This document shows positions 30,509 to 41,707 of a stretch of DNA of 64,000 nucleotides, one piece after another (within the stretch, counting starts at the first letter, position 1; each line of letters starts with the position of its first letter). The notes beneath the pieces are model-generated. The model searched no databases. It worked only from the letters and a program-made list of their open reading frames with translations, and was not told the origin of the DNA. The position numbers and the translations under genes were made by a program. The stretch lies in assembly GCA_963719315.1 (NCBI GenBank), contig CAVRBU010000002.1:1216001-1280000 (forward strand), in the 5' to 3' direction. This DNA comes from an uncultured Planctomycetota bacterium (lineage in GTDB: Bacteria > Planctomycetota > Planctomycetia > Pirellulales > Lacipirellulaceae).

Positions 30509-32027
30509 GTAACACACCAGCCGTCTGAAGTTGATCTTGGTTAAATTGCTGGAAAGGGTTATGTCCATGGGTTATGGCAGTGGACACGCAGTTGATCTCC
30601 GAGAAGACGGTACAAGCGTTGCGCGCCGCAGAGCTGAGCCGTCATCAGGCGGAAGCGATTTATGCGCGCGGCAAGGAAGCGGTGGTTTTTGCGTTGTTGG
30701 AATTGACGAAGGAGCTGGCCGAGTCGAGGGCCAAGAGTAACGATTGCTCGGTGACGCCGTCGACGCCTTCGGGGATGGTGCCGATTTACCAAAAGCCGGC
30801 CCAACGCAAACGGGGAAAGAAACCGGGAGCCAAGCACGGTCATCCGGGTTCGCGTCGGCCGCCTCCGGAGCGGATCGACTGGCAAGTCGACCATCGCATC
30901 CGCTCGTGTCCCGATTGTGGCAGCCGCTTGCAATCGTGCCAAGAAATCCGCACCCGCTATACGGAAGACATTCCGGACATCCAGCCGGAAGTCACCGAAC
31001 ACACGATCCATCGCGACTGGTGTCCAGCGTGCCGCAAAAAGGTCGAGCCACCGGTGGTCGCCGCGTTGCCCGGCGCGACGCTGGGCAACCGCGTGCTGGT
31101 GCTCAGTGCTTGGCTGCACTACGCTTTGGGCAACACGCTCTCGCAAATCGTCGAAGTCTTCAACTTCCATCTGCAACTCAAGATCACCCCTGGCGGCTTG
31201 CTGCAGATGTGGCAGCGGCTGCAGAAAATCCTGTTTGCCTGGTACGAGCAGATTCACTCCGAAGCGCTGGCGTCGGCCGTGTTGCACGGGGACGAGACCG
31301 GCTGGCGAACCAATGGCAAAACGCACTGGCTGTGGTGCTTCAGCAACCAGTCGGTGACGTACTACCTGATCGACCGCTCGCGGGGCAGTCCGGCGCTGGC
31401 CAAATTCTTCGTCGACGAGTTTGCGGGCACGTTGATTACAGACTTTTGGAGCGCGTACAACGCGGTCACTTGCGCTGCGCGACAAACGTGCCTGGTGCAC
31501 TTGCTGCGCGAGTTGGAACAGACCGAAAAATACAAATCGCCGGGCCAACATTGGCCTCTGTTTGCCAAGAAGTTGCGGCGTCTGGTGGGCGACGCGATTC
31601 GGCTGTGGCGACGCAAGCCGGATCTGTCCGCCCAAACGTACGCTTCGCGGCGGGATTGTCTCGCCCGGCGGTTGGCGGAGCTCGTCGGCGGGTCGTGGGA
31701 AGATGCTCACGCCAGACGTTTGGTGAAGCGTCTCCGGCGGCATCAGCACGACTTGTTGACGTTCCTCGATCACGACGACGTTCCTTTCGACAACAACCAC
31801 GCCGAGCGTTCGATTCGCCCCGCAGTCATCCTCCGCAAAAACAGTTACGGCAATCGCAGCCAACGGGGAGCCGAATGCCAGGCGGTCCTCATGACCATCT
31901 TTCGCACCCTCAAACAGCGCGGCCACGATCCCATTCGTACAGTCATCGCGGCGATTGAAACCTACCTCGAAACCAAACAACTACTGCCCCTGCCTGAAAA
32001 AACTGCTTCAGGCAACTGATGTGTTAC
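30509..32027 (+). mobile_element. IS66-family element, single-ORF (ISBst12-like) type, 1519 bp
   Basis: IRL GTAACACACCAGCCGTCTGAAG and IRR (rc) GTAACACATCAGTTGCCTGAAG. 8-bp flanks GAAATTCC / GAAATTAC (target duplication, 1 mismatch). Confidence 0.93.
30574..32019 (+). CDS. tnpC: IS66-family transposase
   Basis: 'STPSGM', 'KPGAKHGHPG', CxxC zinc finger, 'HGDETGW', 'TDFWSAY', 'CLVHLLRE', 'DNNHAERSIR'. Confidence 0.95.
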   Translation: MAVDTQLISEKTVQALRAAELSRHQAEAIYARGKEAVVFALLELTKELAESRAKSNDCSVTPSTPSGMVPIYQKPAQRKRGKKPGAKHGHPGSRRPPPERIDWQVDHRIRSCPDCGSRLQSCQEIRTRYTEDIPDIQPEVTEHTIHRDWCPACRKKVEPPVVAALPGATLGNRVLVLSAWLHYALGNTLSQIVEVFNFHLQLKITPGGLLQMWQRLQKILFAWYEQIHSEALASAVLHGDETGWRTNGKTHWLWCFSNQSVTYYLIDRSRGSPALAKFFVDEFAGTLITDFWSAYNAVTCAARQTCLVHLLRELEQTEKYKSPGQHWPLFAKKLRRLVGDAIRLWRRKPDLSAQTYASRRDCLARRLAELVGGSWEDAHARRLVKRLRRHQHDLLTFLDHDDVPFDNNHAERSIRPAVILRKNSYGNRSQRGAECQAVLMTIFRTLKQRGHDPIRTVIAAIETYLETKQLLPLPEKTASGN

Positions 32028-32820
32028 GAAATTACAAGATCCTGTAGCGACGACGTGGCGTATGTCCCGGCTAGCTTTTGCCCGGTGGCAGAGAGGCCAT
32101 TGAGGTTGACTCCTGCCGCGTAATCGAACCCCTCGTAAACGAGCAACTCCGCTTCCGCTGTTCTTGGCGCTCCCCAAAGTACAAGCGCTGTCGCGAATAC
32201 CGGCAATTGAAATGTTCGTAACATGCTCGTCGATCACCTTGCCGAAGTACCAAGACCCAGCAGGTCGCGGAGACCTTCAGACTCGCTCCCGAAGTCGCAA
32301 CTGGCGGCGATGGCAGTGTTCGAAACGTCGCGGAAGAGAGAAGGAGGTCGGCTGACCACCGCAAGACATAAGCTAGAGCGCATCCGAAGCCGCTCTCTCA
32401 AACCCCTACTGTAATAAAATTACAGGAAATAGCTAGGGCAACCTTTTCTCCAGAAAGAATTGCGCTCTAAGGGTCGAGGCAATTCGTTGGGGGCGCGCAA
32501 GATCATCGAGGTCGTGAGATATCAGTCTGACGCCCCGGATTGGAAGTCGGTTGAACCGCACTCCAGCTCAGCAGGCTGGTCATGCGGGCCTCGGACCCCA
32601 GCGGTCGTGGTACCTAGAATTAGTTCGGAACGTAGATTTGACTGGCTTATGACGTGATGTACACTTGAGGTGAGCCCAGCCTCGAAAAGGCCTCTTCAAG
32701 TATTCCCGCTTACTTCAGTATCTTTGACAATTCTTTCTTTGCGCGAGACTTCCGCGTCAGCAGCCCGAAGGCGAGTTTCTGACCGACTGGCCGCGACGCG
32801 CGTATTACGGAGGTGGGATC

Positions 32821-32991
32821 ATGTTCTGCTCCGATTGCCATCGCCAGGTGTTCTATAGAAATCTTGAAAACTGCGGTTACTGCGAGAGATGCAAACGTGT
32901 CGTCGAGATATCACCATGCAGCGTGTCATATTGGTGCGTCTCGGCCGTAATATTGATGCCCTGGCTATTACCGCTTGGCATCGGATGTTGA
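32821..32991 (+). CDS. Small zinc-ribbon membrane protein (56 aa; below the ORF-track cutoff)
   Basis: GGAGGT RBS. MFCSDC...CGYCERC...then hydrophobic 'YWCVSAVILMPWLLPLGIGC'. Confidence 0.6.
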   Translation: MFCSDCHRQVFYRNLENCGYCERCKRVVEISPCSVSYWCVSAVILMPWLLPLGIGC

Positions 32992-33190
32992 AAGTAACGT
33001 GAATAGGAATGCGCAGCCGCATCCACTCGCCCGAAGCAACGACTCTGTGGAAAACATAAGGACGCAGGGAAGATTGCCAGCTTTTCGACGGGCCGACGTT
33101 TCACAATCGAGGCCAAGATCTGTGACTCAACCCCACCTTACCACCGCGGGTCGACTCCTTCGCTCGTTCGAGCGATGGCTAAATCGTCGC

Positions 33191-33367
33191 ATGCAAGAGT
33201 TTACGCATTGCTCTGAATGCGAGATCACCGTCAATCCATGGGCTTCTCATTGCCCCAAATGCGGTCAAGCAAATCCAGCTCGGATCTCAAGGTCCGTTGG
33301 TATCATTCTGACGTTTGGAGTCGCGTTGCTGACTTCGACAATGTATTTTCTCTCCATCGCGTTCTAA
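33191..33367 (+). CDS. Small zinc-ribbon membrane protein (58 aa)
   Basis: MQEFTHCSEC...HCPKCG followed by a C-terminal TM helix. Confidence 0.6.
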   Translation: MQEFTHCSECEITVNPWASHCPKCGQANPARISRSVGIILTFGVALLTSTMYFLSIAF

Positions 33368-33508
33368 TGAAGCATTTGGTGGCGACGATCAGCTTCACAA
33401 ATGACATGTGCGTTGGAGCAATCGAGGTCCAACGAGGGAGTGAGTTCGTATGATCGAAGACCGGATCAAAATGGTGGTTTGATGACGTACATAGCGGTCC
33501 CGACGCGG

Positions 33509-35370
33509 TCACCGCCGTCGCCTCCGCGACCAACTAGCCGCGCCGAACGCCGCAATCGTCGAAAGCCAGGCGCCGGCCGGCTCCGGCACGAAGACGCCGC
33601 TGTTAAGCAGAGTGAAGTCGCCAACCGTCGTCCCCTCATTCTGGCTGAGGATGTAGACGAACAGCTCCTGGTCGGCCCACTCGGGCGCGAGAAAAACAGG
33701 TAGTTGCCGCTGTCGACTATTTCGCGCGGCAGATCGTCGACTGTGCCATCCATGACGATATAGAAATCGGCGTTGGCGCCGAGCGATAGCGGCGCGGTGC
33801 CGCCCGGTCCGATGATCGTCTCCACCAGATCGGACGCCTGCAGTTCGGCAAGCAGGTTGGGTCCCAGGTCGCGAGGTCGCTTGTGCAAACCCTCGACCGG
33901 GGCTACGAGCACTTGTTGAATCTCGACCCGCGCGATGTTGTCGTTGGCGATCCGCAGCGACTTGGCGGCGAACATCTCGGGCTCGGCAATATCGCTTAGA
34001 TGGAGCCCCTCCAAGTCAGGTTCCTCGGCGACCGGCGCCCCACCGCCCTCGCCTTGGAACTGTGGAAAGAAGAACGGCGTCACGTTGACCAGGGCGACCG
34101 GGGCGGACGTCAGGTCCTCCTTGAGAAGCTCGGGATTCTGCACGTACCAGTCCCAAGTATCCTGCTGCAGGGCGACTTGCACGCTGCTGCCGTCGGGGAT
34201 CGGGCCGCCCGTCGGCTTGGTCCACTGATGGAGAATCGTTTCCAGCGACGTGGTTGGGTCGGCGGAATAGAAATTGGTGTAATCGGTGAAGCGGCGGCTG
34301 CCGACGCTGTACTCATCGGTAGGATTCGTGTTGTCGGTACCGATCGTCGTCAAGAGAAACGAGATGGCGTTGTCGCCGGTGTTGTTTGTGATCTCCCAAT
34401 AGCGCGGCTTGGCGACAAAACCGATCTTGGGACTGCCCGGCACGTCGGTGCAGCAGGTGCGTACGTCGACCGACGCCCGCACGATATCCCAACCCTGGCC
34501 GGGGGCACGCGGATCGATGTCATCCGCACCACCAAGCCCCAGGTTGCCGCCGCACTGCTCCGGGTTATCGAACAGGTCGATCGTGATGTCGGCGTTGGCA
34601 TTGCCCACGCCGACGTACTGAAAGTGCAACTGATGGCCGTAAACGTAGTCCAGAAAGTTGAGCTCGTCTTTGGAGACCTTGCGCCAATATTCTCCGTAGT
34701 CGAGTCCTTTGGGCGGTTTATTGTTGGGCAGATCGTTCGCGCTTTGTCCTTCGTTCATGATCTCGCCGCCGATCGGCGCCGCGGCTTCGTAGCCGCCCAT
34801 GCCGTCCGGGCGGTAGTTAAGGTGGTACGGAACGTACGCGGGCCCCGGGTCGGTGTCGTTGAACCAACTGGCGTCCGGGTGCTGGGAGCCCAGAACGTGC
34901 CCCAACTCGTGGGTCATGACCGAGCGCAGGTCCCAGAACGCCGGAGCTCCATTGTATTTCCGCGTCCACTCATACTTGGCATTGGCCGCCCGCCGCGTCA
35001 TGTCAAACGACGCCTCTTCCCACTCGTCAAATGCCAGGTGGACCTGCTCGCGTTGCCTTGCATCCGGAAACGCCGCCGCAAACGCGGTTGAAAACGTGTA
35101 CGAGATCGGGTCGAAGATGCCTCCCTTGCTCCACGACACAAAGTTGTCGGGCTCGGCCAGGATATTGATCGGCACCCGATTCGGATCCGTCAAGCTAAAG
35201 CCAAGCGACGGACCGGAAATCAGAACTGTGAGCAGGACCGCGGTAACGGGTAGTCCGGGGACGAGCTGAAGGCGGCGGCGCGGCGGTTCGAGGCAACGCG
35301 ATGGGAGACATGCGTACATGGCTACCGACGTGCCGAGGCACGCCCTCCGAAACGTGTTGAATTGCCGCAA
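33509..35370 (-). CDS. Metzincin (matrixin-like) metalloprotease with PEP-CTERM anchor (frameshift near 33695)
   Basis: 'HELGHVLGSQH' zinc motif and Met-turn-like 'EIMN'. The shifted frame ends 'FVPEPAGAWLSTIAAFGAASWSRRRRR*'. Start uncertain. Confidence 0.8.
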
Positions 35371-35787
35371 CCAGTTCGCGGGGAACTACATTTGCTCGCC
35401 GCTCGTCGGGGTACAGAAGATACGATGATAATGAACTCGACCGACTCGATTTAGCGCTAGGCTACCTAACGGAGCGGCCAAGTCAAGCCTCTGCCGCGCG
35501 CGGGCGGGCCGCAAATTGCCGTAACACCACACTGAAGGGCGGCTTACGGGCAAAGCCTGGCGAGCACTTCCAGCCCCCGGCTGTTCGTCGTCGAGCGGCT
35601 GCATCGTAAACGGCTGAATGCCACAATAGCCACCACATAACAACCGTCATTCGAACACGGTCCCCTAGATCCGGATGTTTGCGCAATTCGGACGCCCCCT
35701 CAGCGCTAGTTTCGCTGACAGCGGTCTGCGCACAAGAAGGACCGTCCTTTTGCACAAAACGCGCATCGAGGGGAGTAGTGCCATATA

Positions 35788-36020
35788 CCTTGGCTTGACG
35801 GGGCGCTTCAGGGTTCAGAGCGCCCCGTCGTCCCATTCTGAGAAAACGTACGACTTTCCGGCACGCAAAACCTTTGTCAGAGATCGCCGGGTCGATGAGT
35901 TTTGGAACACCTGATGGCAGGGTCCGCAACGACCGTGTGAACAGCCCGGACTGCCGCCTACCGGTCGTTTATGAACGGTCGGTTTTCGACAGTATCGCGT
36001 CTTGATGAGTTTTGAGACGC
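35788..36020 (-). repeat. Island repeat family, full diverged copy
   Basis: On the minus strand: GTCTCAAAACTCATC..CGACCGTTCATAAACG..CCAAAACTCATCGACCCGG..GTGCCGGAAAGTCGTACGTTTTCTCAG..CCCTGAAG. Confidence 0.85.
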
Positions 36021-36163
36021 GCAGTCCGGTCCTTCATCGCTCTGGTTGCTTCCGGCCGAGCGACCGATTTGCCGGGTGGCATTCGCACCCACTGAAAATC
36101 GCCGACTTTCACGGCATACTGGGTTGGTGGCGTGTTTCACGCGCGAACGAGTTTTGAAACTGC

Positions 36164-36700
36164 TCACGCCGCACTGTGTCGCCGAATAGAGATGCCGACT
36201 ACCGCCAATATTACCAGTACACAGGCCGAAGGCTCGGGAGCGGCGGCACCCGCGCCACTGCCACGGGAATCGCCAAAGTGGGATCGCCACAGATTGTAGT
36301 GCGCTTGACCAATGGTGCCGCCAATACCGTTGTCGTTGGGCAGCGAGGTCATCGTACCTTCGTTGTTGCGCCACACGATATAGTCCGCCGCGTCGACGGT
36401 GCCGTTGACGTTGTAGTCGCCAGCGATGACCACGCGCAGGATACCGGCCGTGTAGAGCTGCGAGGTATTCCACATCAAGCCGGGTGAGAGCGCCGGAAGC
36501 AATAGCGCCAAGAACGCGCCGCTCGGCGAGCCATTCCAATCGAGAATATCGAAGGAGTTGCCGGCGGCCGGCGAAGGGATTGACCAGCGACGCCAGCATG
36601 CCCATAACGAGCATCAGTGATCTGGTCGGCACGGGAACGGCGGCAATTGCAACCTCGCCGCCCGATTGGCCGAAGCGGGCTCGCCGCATGTCGCGGTCGC
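36164..36700 (-). pseudogene. Mosaic of two PEP-CTERM gene fragments
   Basis: Degenerate tail 'RARFGQ..AAVPVPT..LMLVMGML' joined to 'GNSFDILDW...LMWNTSQLY..GDYNVNGTVDAADY...WRSHFG..APEPSACVLVIL..RR'. Confidence 0.7.
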
Positions 36701-36893
36701 TAGCAATTTAAGTGCCACGGCGTTTTTGCACTGCGTGACGTAGTTGGCAGCGGCGAACCTAACAATGTTGGTGTCCGATTTCAGTAAGTATTGTTTGCCA
36801 CTGGACGAAGAACGCAAGAACGGTTGATACAATTTAAGAGTCCACTCGTTTGCTCGGTTCTTTCCAGACGACAAGGAAAATAGTCAACTATCA

Positions 36894-38444
36894 ATGCGCG
36901 ACCGAATTGCACCCGACAATCAGTTAAATTTGAGAGTTTCTAGCCAACACCTCTGCCGAAACGCGGCCAAATGGCAAACGATTTTTCTTTCTTTCCTAGG
37001 CGTGGTTTTGGGGTGTTGCACGCTGCGTGCGGACACGGCCGCGCCAACCGGGGCGAGACACTTCGATAAGCCTAACGTGATCCTTATTTTGGCCGACGAT
37101 TTAGGTTATGGCGAATTGAGTTGTCAAGGCAACACGCAAATTCCCACAACGCACATCGATTCGATTGCTGGCAGTGGAATTCGATTCACGAATGGGTACG
37201 TCACCGCGCCGAACTGCAGCCCATCGCGGGCCGGGCTGCTGACAGGGCGCTTTCCCACGCGATTTGGTTATGAATTCAATCCAACTGGTACCCAGAACGA
37301 AGATCCTTCAATCGGGTTGCCTGTCGAGCAGTCCACTATTGCCGATCGGCTGCGCCTGGCAGGCTATGTGACGGGCATCGTGGGTAAATGGCACCTCGGA
37401 GGCACCGCTGCTTACCACCCGTCGCGCCGCGGATTCGACGAGTTTTTCGGCTTCACTCATGAAGGTCACTTCTACGTGCCAGACCCGTGGCGCGGCGTTA
37501 CCTCCATGCTGCGGCGGAAGAACCTGCCTGGTGGCGGTCAAGGGCGTCGGTCGTTTGGGAACGTAACCTACAACACTGAAATGCGTCAGCAGGAACCCGC
37601 ATATGACGCCAACAACCCCATCCTTCGCGGCTCGCAGCCAATCACCGAGCCAGCTTACCTCACCGATGTCTGGACTCGTGAAGCGGTCGATTTCATCGGG
37701 CACCACCGCGACAAGCCATTCTTTCTGTACGTGGCATATAACGCCGTCCACAGTCCTTTGCAGGCCACGAATGAGTACATGAAGAAGTTTTCCAAAATCG
37801 ACGACCTGCAACGGCGGATATTCGCAGCGATGCTATCCAATCTGGACGATTCAGTGGGCGCCGTGCTCCAAAAGGTACGCTACGAGGGGTTGGAGAACGA
37901 TACGATTGTAGTGTTTCTCAGCGACAACGGTGGGCCAACCCGCGAACTCACAAGTTCGAACCTGCCTTTACGAGGCGGGAAAGGCCAAATGTACGAAGGA
38001 GGCATTCGCGTTCCATTCATGATCTCTTGGCCCGGACATCTGCCCACCAGCAAGCTTTATCATGAGCCGATCAGCTCGGTAGACCTCTTCGCCTCGATAT
38101 TAAAAATCGCCGGCGAGCAAGCTGACCCGCAATTCGACGGAGTGGATTTCGTCCCCTACCTGGTCGGTGCGCGCAAAGGCCGACCGCACGAGGCGCTGTA
38201 TTGGCGGCAGGGGCTCAACACGGCATTCCGTGTCGGCGATTGGAAGCTACTGCGCCAGGGCCTCAACGAAACGCTAGGTGAGTGGGAGCTCTACAACCTC
38301 CACGACGACATTTCGGAGACAAACAATCTAGCCGCGTCCCGGCCCGATATGCTCAAGGAACTGTTATCTCGTTGGAATATGCTTGATGCCGAAATGATCA
38401 AACCAGCGTTCGGGCCATCCACGGCCAGCAAGCATCAGAAATAG
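36894..38444 (+). CDS. Arylsulfatase-family sulfatase
   Basis: 'PNVILILADDLGYG', formylglycine motif 'CSPSRAGLLTG', 'GKWHLG', 'SDNGG', 'YEGGIRVP'. Confidence 0.95.
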   Translation: MRDRIAPDNQLNLRVSSQHLCRNAAKWQTIFLSFLGVVLGCCTLRADTAAPTGARHFDKPNVILILADDLGYGELSCQGNTQIPTTHIDSIAGSGIRFTNGYVTAPNCSPSRAGLLTGRFPTRFGYEFNPTGTQNEDPSIGLPVEQSTIADRLRLAGYVTGIVGKWHLGGTAAYHPSRRGFDEFFGFTHEGHFYVPDPWRGVTSMLRRKNLPGGGQGRRSFGNVTYNTEMRQQEPAYDANNPILRGSQPITEPAYLTDVWTREAVDFIGHHRDKPFFLYVAYNAVHSPLQATNEYMKKFSKIDDLQRRIFAAMLSNLDDSVGAVLQKVRYEGLENDTIVVFLSDNGGPTRELTSSNLPLRGGKGQMYEGGIRVPFMISWPGHLPTSKLYHEPISSVDLFASILKIAGEQADPQFDGVDFVPYLVGARKGRPHEALYWRQGLNTAFRVGDWKLLRQGLNETLGEWELYNLHDDISETNNLAASRPDMLKELLSRWNMLDAEMIKPAFGPSTASKHQK

Positions 38445-38504
38445 ATTAGAACGCGTTTGTTAGTAGGGTACGTAGTGACTACTTCGAACACTCGTTGTTC
38501 TTTG

Positions 38505-38951
38505 TCACTGTGGACCAACCGACGACGCATCACTTGTTTGTCGCGCGTCCCGGCGCGCCACTACCACCGAGATCATGACGCCGTAAGCTGCAAAAATGAG
38601 CCAGAAGCAACTCGTGGCCAACAATAGATGTCCACGAAAGGCCTCGATCTCGTCTTGCACCGCTGCCGGTTGTAACGGAATAAGCAAGGCGAAAAACAAT
38701 GTTCCGAAAATCAGTCACTTTGCCGCTGCGGAGCGCGGCAATCGGCTTCCCACTAGTGCAAACAAGACTCCGCCTAATAAGCCTAATACCGAACCGATCA
38801 GCACAATTCCAGCCGATGCTCCTATCCCAAAATTGGTAGGCCGACCGACCGCCAAAGCCAGTCCCCGCATCGCCACGCGTCCGCCGATCCCCAGAAATGC
38901 CGTACCGCTTAAGACGCCGACCAAGAGCAGTTCACCGGTACGTCGGATCAT
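38505..38951 (-). pseudogene. Small multi-TM membrane protein with an in-frame stop
   Basis: The ORFs at 38715-38951 and 38505-38699 share a frame, are both hydrophobic ('GIGGRVAMRGLAL'), and are split by one TGA. Confidence 0.5.
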
Positions 38952-39105
38952 CGGAGTGGTTGGGGCAAAGATTACATGACGGTGTCAACGCAAACATTCG
39001 AATTGCTTTCGATCATAACACAGCAATCCATCGGCGAGCGAGCACCGTGATCGTGCGGGCAATAGTGTTGCAGACCAAAATGTGAGTTCTCGCGGTTGGT
39101 GCCTC

Positions 39106-39158
39106 GTTTCATAAGGCCTTTACTTGGCATGTCTCATAACGACTTTTGGCGAGACGCT
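39106..39158 (-). repeat. Island repeat family, degenerate proximal module
   Basis: On the minus strand: AAAAGTCGTTATGAGACATGCCAAGTAAAGGCCTTATGAAACG. Confidence 0.55.
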
Positions 39159-39197
39159 TTGATGACAAATTCGACAGCTGACTCCGCCCACACTGGA

Positions 39198-41315
39198 CTA
39201 TTGGATAGTTCTTTGTCCAGATTGACGCAAGCCTGTGGCGTCAAACTTCACAAATTCGCCACCTACTCTTTGACAGGTAAGCTCAAGTTGCGGTTGGCCA
39301 TTGGCGTGACGATACAATAGCCGCAGCGGATGCCAGCCCGCCTTAAGGCGAACGCTGCCGGTGAACTTGCCAGCGGAGTTTTTCATTGGCTCGTCGATCA
39401 CCCGGATGTCGTGCAAGAACAGCATCGCGCCTGTGTCGGTATCGACAGTGAACGAATATTCGCCATCGTGCGGCGCCACGAAGTAGCCATTGAAGGCGAC
39501 GCCGAATGGCTTGTCGGCCGACGACATCGTCAATTCGAATTGCTTCGATTTGCCTGTGCTGGCGGGTGTGAGCGTGCGGAAGTCGGGCATCCACGGCCAT
39601 TCACCTTGGAACAACGACCAGGTGAGTCCCGGTTTGGTAGAGGGTGGATTAGGCACCGCAGGTACCAGCGCTTTATCATACGGCCGCTTGGCACCGGGAT
39701 CGGGCTTACGAACTTGGAGCACGCGCGCTTTCATGGCGGTTTGCAGAGCAATGAATTTCGGATCGCCCGCCAAATTGTGCGCTTCGTGCGGGTCTTGGCT
39801 CAGGTCGAAAATGCCGAAATCGTCGTCTGCCGTTTTCACGTTGTATCGGATTCCTTTGTAGCCGTCTAAGTAGATGGACTGCATCTGCTCGCGCAAATGT
39901 CCGCGATGCGCCGGCACGAAGTCTTGAAAGTCGGGAGTTTTGGCGCTGTTAAAATATTCGACATACAGCGTGCCAGGCATCTGCCGCCCACGCCCAGTGA
40001 GTGACGGCAAGAGCGACACGCCGTCCGACCCGGCCAACGCCGGCACTCCGGCCAAATCGGCAAATGTGGCCAACCAATCCCAGTGACCAGAGGGATGATT
40101 GTCGACGCTCCCGGCGGGAATACCACGCGGCCAGCGCACGAGTGTTGGCTCACGCTCTCCGCCCTCAAGTGTATCGCGCTTGATGCCATCAAAAGGCCCG
40201 AAACCGCGAAAGAACGTCGGGCGGTAGGGCTCCTTGAAATACGATTCGATGGATGGGCCATTGTCGGAAGTGAACACGACGAACGTGTTGTCATCAATTT
40301 TCAAATCTTTCAAAAGCTGGAGCAGATCGCCCACGCAGTCATCGATGCGGCGCACGTCGTTCGCATATCGCTTCTGCACGTCCGGCCAGGGGACTGCCGG
40401 CGTGGTGGGATCACGGTCGTTGTCCCAGGTCGCATTTGCGTAATCAGGATGCATCCAACCATCTATCGTCCCGTTGGCGGTATTGATCATCGCGCCTGGT
40501 TTGCCCGTCCATTGCACCCCGCCTTGGAGGCCGCCGCCAGTTGGGTAGGCGCACGGCGGATTCTGCAGCTTGGCGTGCGGTGTGTCGTAGGCGAGATACA
40601 GGAAGAACGGTTGCTGACGATCAGTGGCAATGTGATCGGCGATCCATTTTTTGGCTCGCGCCGTAAAAAGGTCAGTCGTGTAGCATAAGTCCAAACCTGC
40701 GGAAACTTCGCGGTTGTCCTCCCACACTTCACGTTTGTCCTCCTTCGGATAGTGAAAATGGCCATCTTTGTGCCGCACATAACCGAAGTAAAAATCGAAG
40801 CCGCGCATCGTCGGATACGCGGGCCAGCGCGCCGCCGACCCTTCTTCATCTGCTTCCGTGCCGCCCGCTTTCGCGCTGCCTTGCAAGCCCCACTTGCCGA
40901 CTGCCGCCGTGGCGTAGCCGGCTTGTTGGAGCACCGTGCCGAGTGTGTGCGTGTCCGCCAGGGCTTTGTCGAATTGATTGTCGCGGACGTTGGCGTGGCC
41001 CTGTGTGAGTCCCGTCAGCAGCGACGCCCGCGACGGCGCACACACCGGTGCGGCGCAATAGTGTTGCTGCAGCTTCACACCGTCTCGCGCCAGCGTGTCG
41101 ATATGCGGCGTGAAAAAAAATGGCACGCTGGGATTGTGCTGGGCGGCGCGCTCGTTCTGGTAAAAGACTCCGATGTCGCCGTAGCCAAGATCATCGCACA
41201 AGATGAAGATGATATTCGGACGCGGGGCCGGCTTTGTTTGTGCGGCCTGCCCCACAATTGTCGCAGCCGCTCCACACGCTGCGACGAGGTTAATAATCAA
41301 AGGTGAAGATTTCAT
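39198..41315 (-). CDS. Sulfatase with C-terminal PA14-like domain
   Basis: 'PNIIFILCDDLGYGD', 'CAPSRASLLTG', 'GKWGL', 'SDNGP'. C-terminal 'FGVAFNGYF.AP.DGEYSF...LKAGWHPLRL.Y'. Confidence 0.93.
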   Translation of the reverse strand: MKSSPLIINLVAACGAAATIVGQAAQTKPAPRPNIIFILCDDLGYGDIGVFYQNERAAQHNPSVPFFFTPHIDTLARDGVKLQQHYCAAPVCAPSRASLLTGLTQGHANVRDNQFDKALADTHTLGTVLQQAGYATAAVGKWGLQGSAKAGGTEADEEGSAARWPAYPTMRGFDFYFGYVRHKDGHFHYPKEDKREVWEDNREVSAGLDLCYTTDLFTARAKKWIADHIATDRQQPFFLYLAYDTPHAKLQNPPCAYPTGGGLQGGVQWTGKPGAMINTANGTIDGWMHPDYANATWDNDRDPTTPAVPWPDVQKRYANDVRRIDDCVGDLLQLLKDLKIDDNTFVVFTSDNGPSIESYFKEPYRPTFFRGFGPFDGIKRDTLEGGEREPTLVRWPRGIPAGSVDNHPSGHWDWLATFADLAGVPALAGSDGVSLLPSLTGRGRQMPGTLYVEYFNSAKTPDFQDFVPAHRGHLREQMQSIYLDGYKGIRYNVKTADDDFGIFDLSQDPHEAHNLAGDPKFIALQTAMKARVLQVRKPDPGAKRPYDKALVPAVPNPPSTKPGLTWSLFQGEWPWMPDFRTLTPASTGKSKQFELTMSSADKPFGVAFNGYFVAPHDGEYSFTVDTDTGAMLFLHDIRVIDEPMKNSAGKFTGSVRLKAGWHPLRLLYRHANGQPQLELTCQRVGGEFVKFDATGLRQSGQRTIQ

Positions 41316-41555
41316 TGTTGGGAGCTCGATTAAGCTGCCAGATTCTTCTAGCGGCTGTCAAGTTTAACGGGGTCGCGATGTCATTCGGAAGAGTGGCCTC
41401 GATCTCGTCGGCCACACCGCCGTATTGTAATAAGAGGTATAGGACGGAATAAGGCATGCAATTAAGGAACCTGCGAATCGCGTTTCGGAATCGTTGATTA
41501 GATGACGCGTTTTTGCGGTCAGAGCGGCCGCAGAGTGTCAGGACGGCCCCGGTGT

Positions 41556-41707
41556 TGAGTTTCCGGAACGGAAAATCAGTTCCGAAAAGCTACCGCATCG
41601 ACGGGTTTAGAAACGCCCGGTGAAGGCGTCAGTCGCGGTCGCCGTAGCAGGCCGGATAGCCACCATCGCAACCATTTCTTAACGGTGGATTATTGGCACA
41701 TCCGAGG
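41556..41707 (-). repeat. Island repeat family copy directly after a gene stop
   Basis: On the minus strand: GTGCCAATAATCCACCGTTAAGAAATGG..TCTAAACCCGTCGATGCGGTAGC..GATTTTCCGTTCCGGAAACTC. Confidence 0.8.

Larger units (their letters stand above)
29814..32224 (-). pseudogene. PEP-CTERM protein gene split by an IS66 insertion
   Basis: The N-part 'MLRTFQLPVFATALVLW..ELLVYEGFDYAAG..LQDLVIS' resumes after the IS as 'NPGSTYGSL...'. After a frameshift near 30107 it ends 'DELRIGSTYAAVVIPEPASLMLFQLAAIGWCLRRRRAA*'. Confidence 0.85.
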
